Part shown: one piece after another, positions 25,493 to 38,918 of the stretch
How the letters are laid out: each line of letters begins with the position of its first letter
How positions within the stretch are numbered: the stretch's first letter is position 1
Source of the DNA: Trichosphaerium sp. ATCC 40318
Taxonomy: Eukaryota; Protista; Tubulinea
Direction: 5' to 3'
Length of the DNA: 64,000 nt
NCBI GenBank assembly: GCA_038496445.1
Contig: JALMLS010000322.1
Coordinates: 62,001-126,000, forward strand
The notes under the pieces: model-generated
Seen by the model: only the letters and a program-made list of their open reading frames with translations
Database searches by the model: none
Told to the model about the DNA's origin: nothing
Position numbers and translations under genes: made by a program

Positions 25493-25662
25493 TGCTAAAT
25501 TACCCAAAAACAGACGAAATTTCAAAACAAACGTGGTACCATCACGATCCGTTTACTAGAGGCAACAATACCAAGTAAACCAATACGGCTATTTCACAAA
25601 GAACTCAGAATTAAATAAGCAATAACTAAGCTTAGTACTGTGGCACAAAAGGAGAATCTTTT

Positions 25663-27346
25663 TTACATTCTTGAAGCTGACTGTCTACTAGTAGTAGTAG
25701 CAATAGCTGCTCCTTCCAAGTCTGCTACAGCTTTTCTCAACTTTCTACTACGTGGATCACGATCAGCAAATATGTATATAATCAATGCTATTCCCGAAAC
25801 AACTATGAGAACAGCAATGACTATTACAACAATCAAAAGAAGAGGAGTATTGTTTCTACAAAGTCCTTCTGTTGATAGCACAATAAACAAAGACGTTTTT
25901 GTTCGTTCTTCTCTACCTACGATGTCGTTAGATTACAATTCCGGAAACGGCAATTAATTACCTATCACGTGGTCGTAGCAATTGTCTTTGGACGACACTA
26001 CTATATCGTGATATTGGCCTTCCACACATGTATACATAGCCACTAGGACTCTTTGATCTACAAGGATTTTAGTAAAGCTATGACTTTTGAACACTGACTA
26101 TTATGTGGATTTTCGACAGTTAAATGAATAGAAGCATTAACACCAATGTTATAGCATCCTTCGATTGTAAGAGTGTTTTTTGAATTTAAAAAGAAACCAC
26201 CATTGCGCAAAGTGAAATTCCCAGTCTAATAGTAATCAGCGCAAACCTTATCCACAACAATACGTACGACAACAACATCGTTCATCACATCTATATACAC
26301 TTGTCCAGCATGTATAGTGCAATTCGTCCTTGAATTCAAACACACTACACATTTAAGTACATAACATAACTATTGAACCGCCTTACTATTTGATTCAAGC
26401 ATTCCATTGGCAATTGTTGGAGCAAGCGAAGGTACTATTGGCTCCATAGGTTCGTTCGCACTGGTTGGAGGCTCTCTCAGAGCTGACCCAGTTGGTTCAA
26501 CCGTAGTCACATTGATGGCATCCTCTAATGTACAAGTAAACTTCACATTTCACAAGCTAAGACATACGGCACAGCACAAAAGGAAATGTTGCACCACATC
26601 TAATATCCGTAAATCGTCCATTTCTAAGGCTCATGCATCTTCTCTGAATATATGTAACGTTGTCTCCCTTGGGATTCATAAAACCTTCGATTTTGTGTTT
26701 TCCATAAAAATAATTGTTCAGACAAGCTGCAAAGACAGTTTTGTTAGAACACCTTTGTTTTTAGATCAGTTGCATTATAATGACACTCTTTCGTTCACGT
26801 ACTCTTCCGAGAACAGTTGGGTTTCAAAGAACCCTCGATCGCTTAGTCGCCATCGAAAGGAGTTAAGTAGCTCAAAACACTTTAAACACTCGGGTCGGCT
26901 TGCGTTTTTGGAGCACTCTTCACAACTACATTCGTATGGTCTTCCTCTATTATTATATCTGTGAAAGTCAATGTTTCATGTGGCATTCGACATCACGTAC
27001 GCGAAGCACTCGGGTACAATGTCCACTTTTCTCCGTATACTTAACCAATAGTTGGCGCCCGATACCAAGTTGACACGTGCTTTTGCGAAATCGTCAGTCG
27101 TAAGAATTTCTGCCATTGCAAGACCTCTTCACCAAACGATTTAACGCAAATACCATTGCGAAATATTACATACCGCTCTTGACACATCGTCTCAGCTTCA
27201 ACGAAGCCACGTGATTCATGTATTGCAGTGTATTTCGCAGCCTAAACATAGTCATTAACAAATAACAAAAGATGTTTTACTATTTTCATTGTAACAAATA
27301 GAAAAGGATAGCCGACGTAATTGGGGAATATATTACCGTGAAGCAT
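25663..27346 (-). CDS. C-type lectin-like membrane protein (lectin-like domain, PT stalk, beta domain, TM); 5' end uncertain
   Basis: GFVEAETMCQER..MAEILT..YWLS; TM LLLIVVIVIAVLIVVSGIALII; paralog of next gene. Confidence 0.65.
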
Positions 27347-27880
27347 AAAAAGATAGTTCCTAAAATGCTTAAAAGTAAAATAGAATGCTGAGCCAACTGC
27401 CTAAAATGCTTCTTGATTAGATATTTCAATACAACTATAATTGAACAAACATTATTTCCCGACTTGTTGTTGCTGTAAAGAAAAAATCATGCACTATAAA
27501 CCTAGAACTCCTCGGACTCCGGGATAGGGAAAAAACGGGCTGGCCTACATGTCCGAGAGCTTTTGGTGCCACGGAATACAAAGCTAAATAACTAAAGCAA
27601 ATATTGAATTTAGCAAAGCTATGTTATAAACAACAGCCAATCTCTGTACCGCAAACCATTTCCTAGCCTATCACAGATGACATTGCCAACGTTTTTATAA
27701 ATTTAGAAGTCCGCCCTTTTGAGGTAGACCCTTGTACATACCTACATTGTGCACAGCTGCCAAGTATCTAGTTTGGTTCGAGGTGGACTCTTTTGTATTT
27801 AATTATGTATGTGACCTACCACTTAGTGGCTTGATAAAACGAGAGCCATAAACGATTCGGCAATAACCAGAGTTACTTTA

Positions 27881-29640
27881 TTAACAACGAGGTTTGGTCT
27901 TGCCCTCAGAAACTACAGAAAGCTTTTGTATATGTTTATCAAATTTGCGATCCTTTAAGAATGCATACAATGCAATAGAGATTACTCCAGCCAAAACCAA
28001 AATAAGGGCAACTACAACAACAATAATAATAACAACACTAACTTGGCGATCACATGTTGGAAACGATTGTAGTAATACAGACAGCTTGTGAGCGTCGTAC
28101 TTCTCATAACCTATAATCGTGATTAGATCATTTTACACTGTCTACCTGTTGTTACGTACCATTAGTATCAATGCATTCATCACCATCATCCACGATAATA
28201 GTGTGCGGACCTTGATTCGTACAATGAAAGTTTGCAATTGTAATTTGGTTACCTAGGATACATGTTACTGGTTTGCGTTTGAATTAGATTTAGATGTACC
28301 GTTGTGTAAGTTATCGCCTGACAAATGTACAGATACATTACCAATAACATTATAACACCCTTCGACAGTAATTGTGTGCTCTGAGGCAATGCGCACTTTT
28401 GAGTCGAACACAGTAAGGTTACCACTCTGTTATTAGGTTAAAAGCGAGTCGCTTTGCTGAACATGTTGCAACGTACAATCTCGATGTTGTTCATAACATT
28501 AATAATTAGTTCATCGCCTTCTATTGTACACAAACTATTGTTTCCTGAGCACACTATTACGTGAAGAGTCAGAAGAGAAGAGAAAAAAAAACTGAGTTTA
28601 ACCTTGAGATTTTAGAAGTGAATCAAAGCGTGACACAAGTTTTGGAGCTGTTGTAGGTAATTCCGTTGTAGGAGATACTGTTGTGGGAGATGTAGTTTTT
28701 GTAGGTGGAAGAGTGGTTGGCGTCACTGTTGGAGGTAGAGTTGTTGGAGGTGGAGATGGTGGAATAGTTTCTGAAAAAAGAATTAGAAAAAAAATCAGAT
28801 CTGATTTTTTTCAAGTTTCGTACGACATAAAACAGGGAGGTACGTTGCATTACAATACATATCATTTAATTGACCATCAATAAAACCACCACAATATTCT
28901 TGATCTATTTCTCCGTCTGTGTTAAAGTCTGTGTATACAGACGGATTGTTCGGGTGAAAATACGTCTTTAAAAAATTTGACAGCTTCCTGTCTGTGGTGT
29001 TTCTAGATAAACAGTTAATCTTGCAAAGATGAAAGGTAATAGCTTACGCATCTCCAAAGAGCTTTGTTTCTGTTAGAGGTATACCGCTTCCCCATTTAAG
29101 AAGTGACATATATTGTAAACAAGCCGGACAATTTGTACGTCTTTGTTTACAATCTAAGCAAACACAATCATACGGAACGTTAAATGTATCATAGCTAATA
29201 ATAGTTAGTGCACTACGTATCATCTAAAACATACTTGGTACATATTATTTCGCCTGGCTTATCTCTTCCGAGGTCTATCCAATATTGGGTGCCTGGAGTA
29301 GTTAGTGCTTGAGCAGCTAACAATTCGGCGTCCGTCAATATTTCAGCAACTTTCATACCCCTTTCAGGAACTGAGATTACACATAAATTACTTTTCGCGC
29401 ATGGTACCTGTCCGCACAATATACCTTTGCTTGCTGAAAATCACCAGGAGTGCCAACAACGATGTATTCCGTTGCCTGAAATAAGAACGTAAATCGAACT
29501 TGTTTGTATGTATTAGACGTACAACAAATGACACGAGAAATACCCACGTGACTAGCCAACAAGCTATTACGCCAAAATACCTGCTAATACATTAAATAAT
29601 GCTTTCAGTTACTTTTGTTTGTAGATTCGTACCTTACCAT
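27881..29640 (-). CDS. C-type lectin-like membrane protein, tandem paralog (multi-exon)
   Basis: Signal MVRYFGVIACWLVTWVFLVSFV; DFQQAKVYCADR|GMKVAEILT..QYWIDL; PPT-rich stalk 28640-28770; TM VSVVIIIVVVVALILVLAGVISIAL. Confidence 0.7.
28788..28811. repeat. Perfect 24-bp palindrome in an intron
   Basis: AAAAAAATCAGATCTGATTTTTTT. Confidence 0.8.
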
Positions 29641-29936
29641 TGATGCGAAGCTTTTATAAACAGTTACGGAGTTCTTCTGACACCCAACTAACAAACAATG
29701 TACACGTGCAGTAGGTAAGTATTTTGTGCGTCAACAGACTATAAATACAAACGAACAAAAGATTAATGCACTCAACGCCATAATATATGTTAAACCGCAT
29801 CAGTTTGAAGTTACAGCATTGGATTCCCACAGTAGGTTAGCATTGCAGTAACACGCAATATGGTGTTAACTGATACAAGTCAATTGGGTTCACCCGCCAA
29901 ATCAGACTAAAAATCAGGTAGTAATTGTAGTCCAGT

Positions 29937-31216
29937 ATGGCCACGTTTTATGACGAAGACGTTGGGAAAGGTACTTATGCGTACAGAACGTGTAAATAAC
30001 GTTTTTAACAGAACTACCTGTGGATGGCTCCAAATTAACGGTGGCGCAGCTCAAGTCGATTCTAAGCGCCAAGAATGTCCAGATCCCACACTTACGTGAC
30101 GCGAAAAAATCGGTACGTTGTTTTACGTCAAATACACTTGAATTGCACTAAAATTACCTCAAATAGACATACGTAGATCTGTACGAAGAGAATATCGCTT
30201 CTCGCCGAAACGAACCCCGAAGCGAACCAATTACTCCAACAACCTTCGAAGAAGTATTAGAAGAACCAGAGCTATATGAAGAATATGATGAGACCAGTCA
30301 AGAAGAAGCAGCCCCTCAACAGTGACGTCAAAGGGTTAAACTGGTTTTTTTTTTTGACACAATTTCAGACCGCCCGTTACGCCCAAGAAGCGCAAACCAA
30401 TTGTAAAACAAGAACAACCTCGTGGCTTGATTGACTTTTTTCTGCTATTTATCATACTTGCCTTCCAGTGCAGTACGGGTGCGTGTACAGCTGGAAAAGG
30501 CCTTTACAATCCATTTTCTTTTGTTTTTTTTTTTCGTTGACTCTTATTAGTTTGGCTTACTGTTTGTTACTTTACTGGCGCAGAACCAGTTTCTTGCATT
30601 CCATTCCCACCAATTGATCAGGTAATCAATGAGCTTTACAGTACGCCACAATCCATTTGTTAGATAGATACTGGCTAACTGATTACCTCAGCTCAGTACG
30701 CTCCTGAAGACTACCTGACAATTGAAGATTATATTACTCGTATTTTGAGCATTCACAACGGAAAATACCAAGTACATCATTTTTGTTAGCAACACCATTC
30801 TTACTAGCCCCAAATTGTGGTGTAGAACTTGCAGCAGGCATAGCCAGAGAAACGTTAATTGACAAGGTTGCTGTCAGATTCGAGTTGGATACATCACAAG
30901 CTGATGAATATATCACAAAGCTTACTTCTGGTTCAGATGTATCTATTGAAGCAAAAACTGAAGCAAGGTACATATTAAAATGAATACTAGATTATGTTTA
31001 ACATGCTTTTTAAAGGCTTGACATTATCTCTACAACTGGTACAAAAGAGCTCAAAATTACGTTTCATTTGTTAACTTTTATTTGTTTACAGTACCATCTA
31101 AAACACCGATGGCGTGCTACTTAAATAGATGGCAAACAGACCCAACTGTTATCACAAGCGCTGGTATCATCGGTGGATCTATAATGCTTATTGGTGTCAT
31201 AGAACTCACCCAGTAA
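29937..31216 (+). CDS. HEH/LEM-domain inner nuclear membrane protein (Src1/Heh1/Man1-like), two TMs (multi-exon)
   Basis: VDGSKLTVAQLKSILSAKNVQIPHLRDAKKS|TYVDLYEENI (HEH); TM1 near 30430; Cys-containing lumenal domain; TPMACYL then TM2 GIIGGSIMLIGVI. Confidence 0.7.
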
Positions 31217-32589
31217 GCCGCAATGAAGATTTACCTACCCAGACTTCGAGTTAAGACTTAACTACATTTGCTTTGAGCAATCTTTCACAGCTTGATTCAA
31301 ATCATAAGAGTATTGCAGAACGTGGCTTGTTTTTATATTAAAAAAGCATCAACAACGTACCAGAAGGTCTATTAGACTATTTTTTCTTTTATTGCTTTCG
31401 TTATCCGTTCAGCAAACTTCTCTTCATCAACAGCGCGTTGTAGATCGGCCTCCAATTTTTTAACATAGCCTAAGTTACTTGCAACATGATTCTCTAGGGA
31501 AATAACACGTGGCGCGTCTTGATGCCTATCAAACATGTTTTTTTAACTGACGACCAACAGTGAGAAAACACGATTGCTTGCGCCTCCTCTTAATCCTTTC
31601 GGAGGGTTTTGTCGAATACAGCAAATTAGAATAAATTTTTGTTATAGGGAACCTTTTACGTGCAATAGCACTACGTGCAAGCTCTGTGAGCTTTCCACCT
31701 GCTCCATGTGAAGTACTTTTGAACTCATATTATGTAGGGTGTGACATGTAGCTCTAATGTAAGCCCTGCGTTGCAACAAACGCAGAACTATAACCAATGC
31801 TACGGTTATTTAGGTATGTTAGCAGTGCGTGTTGTTCAATGCTAAATATGGCGTCAGCGTCGGTCAGCCGATTGTCGTCTCAGATCACATTTTTCGGCCG
31901 AAGTAATATAAAAAAGGTGTAAAGCAACAATGACGCTGTGTTCAGTCTTATACAAATATAAAACGAGATATTGAACAAAATAACGCTACGATCACGTTTT
32001 TTGAATAGAAAAATGCTGATGGTGTTTAAAGTGTCAGTTACTAGTACCACGCACTGTTTTTAAATTAATCAAGCGATTGTAGAGTGGTTTTAAGCGACTG
32101 AAATAGATCAAGTTTTAAAAAACGCAATCAAAGCTAAAACAAACGCCAATAGATTTTCAGTCGCTCGTATAATGCACAATGCCCTAACATGGGTTACAAC
32201 ACCAATTCCAAGCGGTATAACCAAAAAAAAGGCAAAACCGGTACGATCACGTTTTTTGAATCTACCACCTTCCTAAACTACTATTTCAAGCGAAAAATGA
32301 GCGAAAAATTGTAATCTGAATGACTTTAGAGCCTCTTTGGCAGATTTGACGTGCATTTAGGAGGCAGAATACCCTATTACGAGGTTCTCGGCTGTCGTTG
32401 CAGAGCGTTGTTTCCTTGGTAGAATTTTCACATAACCACTAGTAATAGGCACTGGTGCACATTGTATATAAGTGGACTGTGCGTTATGCAACTGCGTAAG
32501 TGAAGGCTAAAGACTGTTTAGAAGTGATATGGATACTTATACGCTTTGCACCGACGAAACAAAAAACTAAAGTTTGATCAAAGCTGTTT

Positions 32590-33190
32590 CTATTGGTGCG
32601 CTGTGGCGTTATACGCGGTTTTAAGAAGTTTCTCCAAAACCACTTTTTTTTTATGGATGATTTGTACTTGTTTATAAATCGATCGAATTTCCTCAATAAT
32701 GAGCCTGTCAGAATTAACTATTCTGCTTGGCGACGCTACTACGCATTGAGCGTAGAGGGCGCCTGTTCTGCTGAACGTGTTGTTACCTTCAGTTACGGTA
32801 CTAGCCTTGGGGGAAACCGAATATAATCCAAGGCAACGGCATCGTACTTTCCCACAGTAGGTGAGTTCAGTAAGGCGCTTACAGGCAAGGACCTCCGTGA
32901 CACCGAGTATCCTGGCACCATGCCTAAGACACTGGTAACAGTGTACTTTTTTTTTTTTGATACTACGCAAGTACCAACTTGAATTTTCGTTACTAAACAT
33001 AAATAGTGGCTGAGGCGTTGGTTTTTTTTCATTAATACGTCTCATTGTCATTTCTTCTTTTCTTCTAGCACTACACACTTTGCTTCTATGAGACTTTGAA
33101 CGTCTCACTTTTGCTTTCGTCTTAGTCTTTCCATTATTTCCTGCCTGATATTCACTTGAAGGTTGTGGGATCTGACGTGTTGCCTGGATC
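32590..33190 (-). CDS. Basic/Cys-containing ORF, unknown; may be a terminal exon of the upstream gene
   Basis: Open frame of at least 172 codons; no recognisable domain. Confidence 0.35.
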
Positions 33191-33370
33191 TAGATACAAA
33201 GCCTACAACAAACATTAAGGTACTAAGCTTCTAGGCAGATTTCTTTCATTTTCACCGAATAAATAATTGTATTGTACAACACTCCTTTTTTTTATAATTA
33301 CAAGCCTGCAGCGTTACTTTACAGATACTAAAATTGTCTATTGATTTTCCACTTTTCTTTTTTGCAATCC

Positions 33371-34567
33371 TCAAAATGACTCATCAAGGCCAATAACCTC
33401 GTTGTCTGACATACTTTGTTTTGGTTCTGTTGGCTTAAATAATTGCACTTTTGTAGACTTTGGGACTGGCTTGGACTTACTACGGTATCGTGTTGCTGAA
33501 GGCATAATGCCAGTTGCTCTAGCTAAACGCGTAGGAGACATACTGAGCCGCTTTGTTTCGCTTGGCTCCTCCTCTGATAATTTATGATGCTTTCGATTGG
33601 ATCGTTTGTGTTCTGGAGACATACGTATGCCTCTGGATGGTTTTTGTTTACGAGGTGATATATGCCTTATTCGTTTCCTTGGAGATATAGAACGAGGCGA
33701 CGTAGATTTTGTTCGGCTATTATTTCGTTGCATTATAGGCGAAGACATGCGGCGTCTTTGCTCAGAACCTGACAGAGCGCGTTAGTAGTGTTTAATAACA
33801 CGCTTTACGTGCGTCTTCTCCTCGATTTTTTGCTAGTCACTTCCACCTTTGTTTTAGGAAGCACAAACGACTTTGGACGTTTCTCAGAGAACTTCCTTAG
33901 CTTGGCTGCTCTATTTCCTCGGTCGGTCAACCCCAGATTCTCTTCTAACGTACGTAAAATGATTCTACCCTATCACGAAGCATGTCAGCAAAAAGAGCAA
34001 ATAAAAGAAAAATTTGTAATTAATAACTATGTAATTCCAGTTTTCAGTCATTTAGTACCTCGTATTGATTTTTTAGATGTATTATAACGCGATGAGATGG
34101 TACATCCCTCTTGCAGTATGTGAAGCTGAGAATATCCAACCCTTTTGTTAGCTTTGGTTCGTTCACGTGCTCTAAGCTGAAACGCGCCAGTGTTTCCTTA
34201 TGAAAACAACGTTAAAAACGGTTTTTTATGCCATTAATGTATAAACAGGAAAATATAGTACCTCTGTTGTTGGATTGGCTAATTCTATCGCAGCATCACC
34301 AATTAGCATCTTTGTAACCTTTTTACCCAATCCAAAGTCCCTCTAATAAATTAGTTTACGTGTACCGCTTGGTTTTGCTACCTCAACGATCCATTCGTGC
34401 TTCCGTACGCGTTTAGGCGCGTTCCTTGGTGGTTCTGGCTCTTTGCAGCGTAAGCAGTGGTAGATTTAGTTTACAATACCTTTCAAGAAGTTTAATGGTG
34501 ATACTTGTGAGCGCGATCGAGTGCGTCTATTAGACTTTCCGAAGCTCCACTTTCGACGTTTGCTCAT
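33371..34567 (-). CDS. Basic protein with repeated SP[R/K] motifs, unknown (multi-exon; model uncertain)
   Basis: MSKRRKWSFGKS start, several GT-AG introns, C-terminal TSPRSISPRKRIRHISPRK region. Confidence 0.5.
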
Positions 34568-34794
34568 TGGCGGTGGTGAGTAGTGTGAGGTAAGCTTATC
34601 GGTGAAAGATTGACAGGCTAAAAAGCTTGCTTGGTGTGTTACTATGTTAAGAGGGCAGCTGTTTTGGGTAACTTAATAACTCGTGTTATTGCCTTTCTCG
34701 GCATTATTTTTATGCGTTGCTAAAGCAGAACAACAATCAGTATCGTTTTAAAAAGGGAAGGACAGAAATACATAATTAAAGCAGTTTACTTTAT

Positions 34795-35056
34795 GTTGGC
34801 ATAAAGGATTCGTTGGGAACGTCAAAACGTCAGAACCACCAAGTATTGTGAGAATACGTGGTTTAACGAAACAACAGCAAAAGAAACTGAAACAAAAAGG
34901 TTTTACGCGTAAACCAAACTCTGAATACGTCGTTCCAAAGGGTTGGAGAGTGTGGATGTAACAAGATGCATCGAAACCAGAAACATACACCAAAACACAC
35001 TATATGCCAAGGAAGTGTCACGACATACAATTCAGAGGCTCTCTTTTCTTTCTATA
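34795..35056 (+). pseudogene. Truncated, frameshifted inverted copy of the orphan ORF 41229..41552
   Basis: Encodes HKGFVGNVKTSEPPSIVRIRGLTKQQQKKLKQKGFTRKPNSEYVVPKGWRV, then frameshift/deletions; N-terminus missing. Confidence 0.85.
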
Positions 35057-35696
35057 GCGACAGCGGTTTGTAACGTTTAAAACGTGGCGAACCAATTCAT
35101 TTTTGCTGTGGGTTAATTAAATGGCTGCACAATAAGACAGCAAGTGTTAGAGATGAAACAACGCTACGTGAAACTAAGTACAGTAAACAACCTACCGCTA
35201 GTCCCTACCATACCCGCTTCTTAGATCAGGCTTATGTGTTAGCGCGTAGCTGAGATGGTAAGCTTAAAGTAGAATAGCGCAATAACCGTACGCAGTAGCA
35301 TAATCTCGCTAACACAGAACTTCCCGCTGAATCAGGATTTGTTTAACGGTACACTTACTTTTGAATAGCAAATACGGCTGGATGGGCTTTTCCTGTCAAA
35401 AACTGTAAATCTTCCTGTGAGGCACATGTCACTCATTCCTTTCGCCCAGCAGTCCATTAACGCGTGTATAACCCGTAGATACAATAAAAAAAACTTGTGT
35501 TTGAGTTTTTCCAGGTGTCAAATTTTGGCGCGTTTAGAAAGAAAGGTTTCAAATGGCGTATGGAAGCGTTTTACGCAATTTCTAAACTGACAACCGTTAC
35601 AGGTTTTATCAACTTTATTGCAGTTTAATTCGCGCCAACCAATGAAAACTCGCTTGTTTTATCATTATCATCTAACTCAAACAGGAACAACAACAA

Positions 35697-37349
35697 ATGT
35701 CACTCTCTTCAGAAGTCCTCACCTCCTTTTCCAAAGACTCCTTGATGGATATCACCAACTCGGCCCACATCGAAGTTGAGAACCGCCCTACAAAGGCTAA
35801 CCTCGTCAACACAATCACCGACACTGTTCAAGAAAATGCCGTCAAATACTTGATCAAAAATCTCAAGAAAACCCACCTAACCTCCATCAGAGGTACGCTT
35901 TCGCTTTTATCATTGTTGTAGAGCTAATACAATCGTAGATAAAATCACTGATATTGATTTCACCTCAAAAGAAACGAACAATCCTTCCAGTAAGACAGTT
36001 ATGATCGCGCGTATAACCGATCACGTTTGTAGGTACGTAGAGGTGTTCTATTATTTTACGCGGTTTTTGTAAAGTTACTTTCAATAACGTCTTTCTGTGA
36101 TTTCTCACTCTATTTTTTTAGCTGTGGTATCGAAGAGTTCTTCTCTGAGCATTCAAAAGAAATCGCGGTTGCTGTACTCGTAAAGTTAGGTTACGTTCAA
36201 GCAGACCTCAAGAAGAAGTCCAAGGACGACTTGGTCGAGATGATTGTTGGCGAGTCCGACTTGCTTGGCCTTCAACTCTTGTTCCAACGTTTGCCTACTC
36301 CAATGTTAAAATACTTGGCCGAAGACGAACTAGACCTTGAGTACGTTACTACTTGTCCTTCGTTTTTTTTCTCTTTCTCCTCCTTTCGTATTGTCTAACT
36401 TTTGTTCGTTTAGGATCCAAACTACCAACAAAAGCCTCATCACTGATGCTATTATCAACAACGAGGATGTTATCCGCAAGGTTACCAAGCCAAAGAAAGC
36501 AAGAGTCTACAAAAAGAAGCCTGCCCTCGTCAAAGGAGTCAAATACGAACCTATCTTCCAAACGTACTTCAGAGATGAACTTGCTGAAATTTGCGCCGAA
36601 AACGGTCTCTCCTCCAGCGGACGTAAAAAGGTAACTACCCTTCTTCCCTCTCGTTAAATCTCGTCTAACTTCTGGTAGAACCTCATCGAAAGCATTCTAG
36701 AACTCATTGCTGATGGCGAAAAAGTCGTTATGCCAGGCACCAAAAAGGCCAAGAAGCCAGCCAAGAAGACCAACAAGCGCAAGGCCGCAAAATCCCCAGC
36801 AAAGTCCAAGAAACGCCGACGCGTCTCCGAAGAAGAGCAACCTGAATCTGCCTCTGAAGATGAGGAAGAGTCTGAGGAAGAAGAAGCCTCTGCTTCTGTT
36901 GAAGAAGAAGACGTTGAAATGTCTGATGCTGAGGAGGTTGAAGCTGAGGAAGCCGAAGACAAAGAAGAAGAAGCTGTGGATGAGGAATCCGCTGCTGATG
37001 AGGAATCTGGAGACGAAGACGAAGAGGTACTTTCATAAAAAAAATTTGCTTACGATTATCTCTTTACTTACTTTCTCTTTAGCTTAACCTCGATGGTAAA
37101 ACTATCTGCTTGTCTGGCGCATTTGAAATTGATGGCGAAGCAATCAAGAGAGATAGGATTGTAGGAATCCTTACGGAGTTCGGTGCCACTGTCGCTAAGA
37201 GCATGAGCAAGAAAGTTGATATGCTCATTGTTGCTGATATGGACAACTTGACCACTTCTAAGCCTGCCTTCGCTAAAAAGCACGATATCGCTATCAGAGG
37301 ACCTGAAGTCATTGAAGCTATCCTTGATGCTGAGGGTGATGAAGAGTAA
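35697..37349 (+). CDS. SAP-domain, basic + acidic tract, C-terminal BRCT nuclear protein (multi-exon)
   Basis: FRDELAEICAENGLSSSGRKK|NLIESIL (SAP); KKAKKPAKK tract; E/D tract; LDGKTICLSGAF..FGATVAKSMSKKVDMLIVA..AKKHDIAI (ligase/RFC1-type BRCT). Confidence 0.8.
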
Positions 37350-38059
37350 ACCAGATAACCCTCCTTTTCTAAACGTGTACTTGTATCCCTTGCCAAAATT
37401 AAATCTCATTTCTACCTATAATCGTCTCACTTTATTTTTTTTTTTGGTATTACAATTACTCGTATAAAATTCGTTACGCCACTATTTTCTTTGTTGTTCA
37501 AGCGACTAGTGACGTGTTATCTGTTCCTTTTTGGTGTTGTAAACAACTTACCTTAATGGGGGTTACCTACACTGGCTAAATCACTGATTTCGATTGTCAT
37601 ATTGGCCAACGCTGTTACGTTTTTTGTTTTTCATCAAAATTACGCTATTTACGGTACGTACAATTAGGAATTGACAAAAAGATGAAAACGATTGGTTCAA
37701 GCGCCTGTTGAAAACAAAATGACGTTTGAATTATGTGTCAAATAGTCAAACGACAAGCTTGCGTTCCGTCACTGTTGTAAGGGTGGTCGTGCGTTTAAGG
37801 AACGTTAAAAGGGCTGGTTGTGGACGACAACTTTACTAATTTGAACGCTACGCGAAAGCGTAGTATGTATTATTGTTACTTGAGTTACGTAAAGCTGTTT
37901 TTTAGCTCAAGCGAAAGTCTTGGTACACAATTGTGTCGCGTGTTTGAAAAGAAATGCTCTGCCTCTAGTAAAGGTGCAATTGCATACGCGAACTAAGTGC
38001 TAGTTAGGAGCCGAAATGTGTTCGTTTATTTGTAGTCTACAAAACAAAAAGGAGTTTGT

Positions 38060-38404
38060 TTATGCTGTTTCAACCTTTGTACATATAAGGTTTAGTTTGC
38101 CGTCTTTGATATACTCGCTAAAGTCGCTGATAGATAGTGGTGGAAGTAACTTATTTTTGCAACCCTCAATAGAAAACTCTGTATCTGCGTAGGAAACCTT
38201 GTGTGTATCTTCCAAGAGTACTTTTACGTTATTGAAAGTCTCACCTTGGGAAATCTCGGTGAAGGTTACGTCTTTACCTTCAGGCAGGGTAATTATAAGC
38301 TCCACAAGCTCGAAAACGTTCGCTTCCTCTCTGAAACTCTTTATGCCTTTTGTCTTGCTTAGATCAATGTCTAACTCCTTTGCCTTTTCCAAATCTAGTT
38401 CCAT
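38060..38404 (-). CDS. Small intronless ubiquitin-like-fold protein
   Basis: VELIITLPEGKDVTF..SQGETFNNVKVLLED..LLPPLSISDF pattern fits a beta-grasp fold; no C-terminal GG. Confidence 0.55.
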   Translation of the reverse strand: MELDLEKAKELDIDLSKTKGIKSFREEANVFELVELIITLPEGKDVTFTEISQGETFNNVKVLLEDTHKVSYADTEFSIEGCKNKLLPPLSISDFSEYIKDGKLNLICTKVETA

Positions 38405-38918
38405 TGCTTTATTGTGATGTGTGGTGTGATTTCGTGTTTGTATACTTTGACGGACTTTTTTTTAAGGTCCAAAAAGTTAAAAATACCATCACCTCAAAAA
38501 AGTCATCGATAATTTAGCGTAGCCGCAAATACTGCAGCGTTTTTTGTAGTGTAGAGTTTTATGATTCTACTGATTAGACATGCCGGAGTGTTTGAATAAA
38601 AATAGCCTTTTCAGGCAAGAAAAAGAGAAACAGGCAGTGTCACAAGCGTAGATTGTGTACGCTATTGTACCACAACCGTTAGAGAGCCGGGTGACACTCA
38701 TAGTTGCACGCAACAGCAAAAAAGTCCAAAGCAACGAAACTACTAGTAGGTTAAATCGAATATATTCGTTCTATACAATAGTGGTCCTACAGACGCTCTA
38801 CCACTTGTCACGCTTATTTATTTTACCCAATTGCTGTAGAGGCACCTTTACGTTTAGTTTACGCGAAAACAAGGGTTAAACTTGTCGCAGAGCGTCTTTT
38901 TACTCTTCGGTATCATTT

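Noticed and set aside
26407-26964. 185-aa plus-strand ORF
   Set aside because: Antisense to the spliced lectin-like gene; no domain features
31378-31710. Possible small minus-strand gene ending ..LEADLQRAVDEEKFAERITKAIKKK*
   Set aside because: Could not build a consistent spliced model or recognise a product
35240-35282. tRNA-like A-box GTAGCTGAGATGGTAAG downstream of the decayed ORF copy
   Set aside because: No cloverleaf, B-box or similarity to the tRNA-Ile-derived units
36654-37087. Several overlapping low-complexity ORFs
   Set aside because: Shadow frames of the basic/acidic exon of the SAP-BRCT gene
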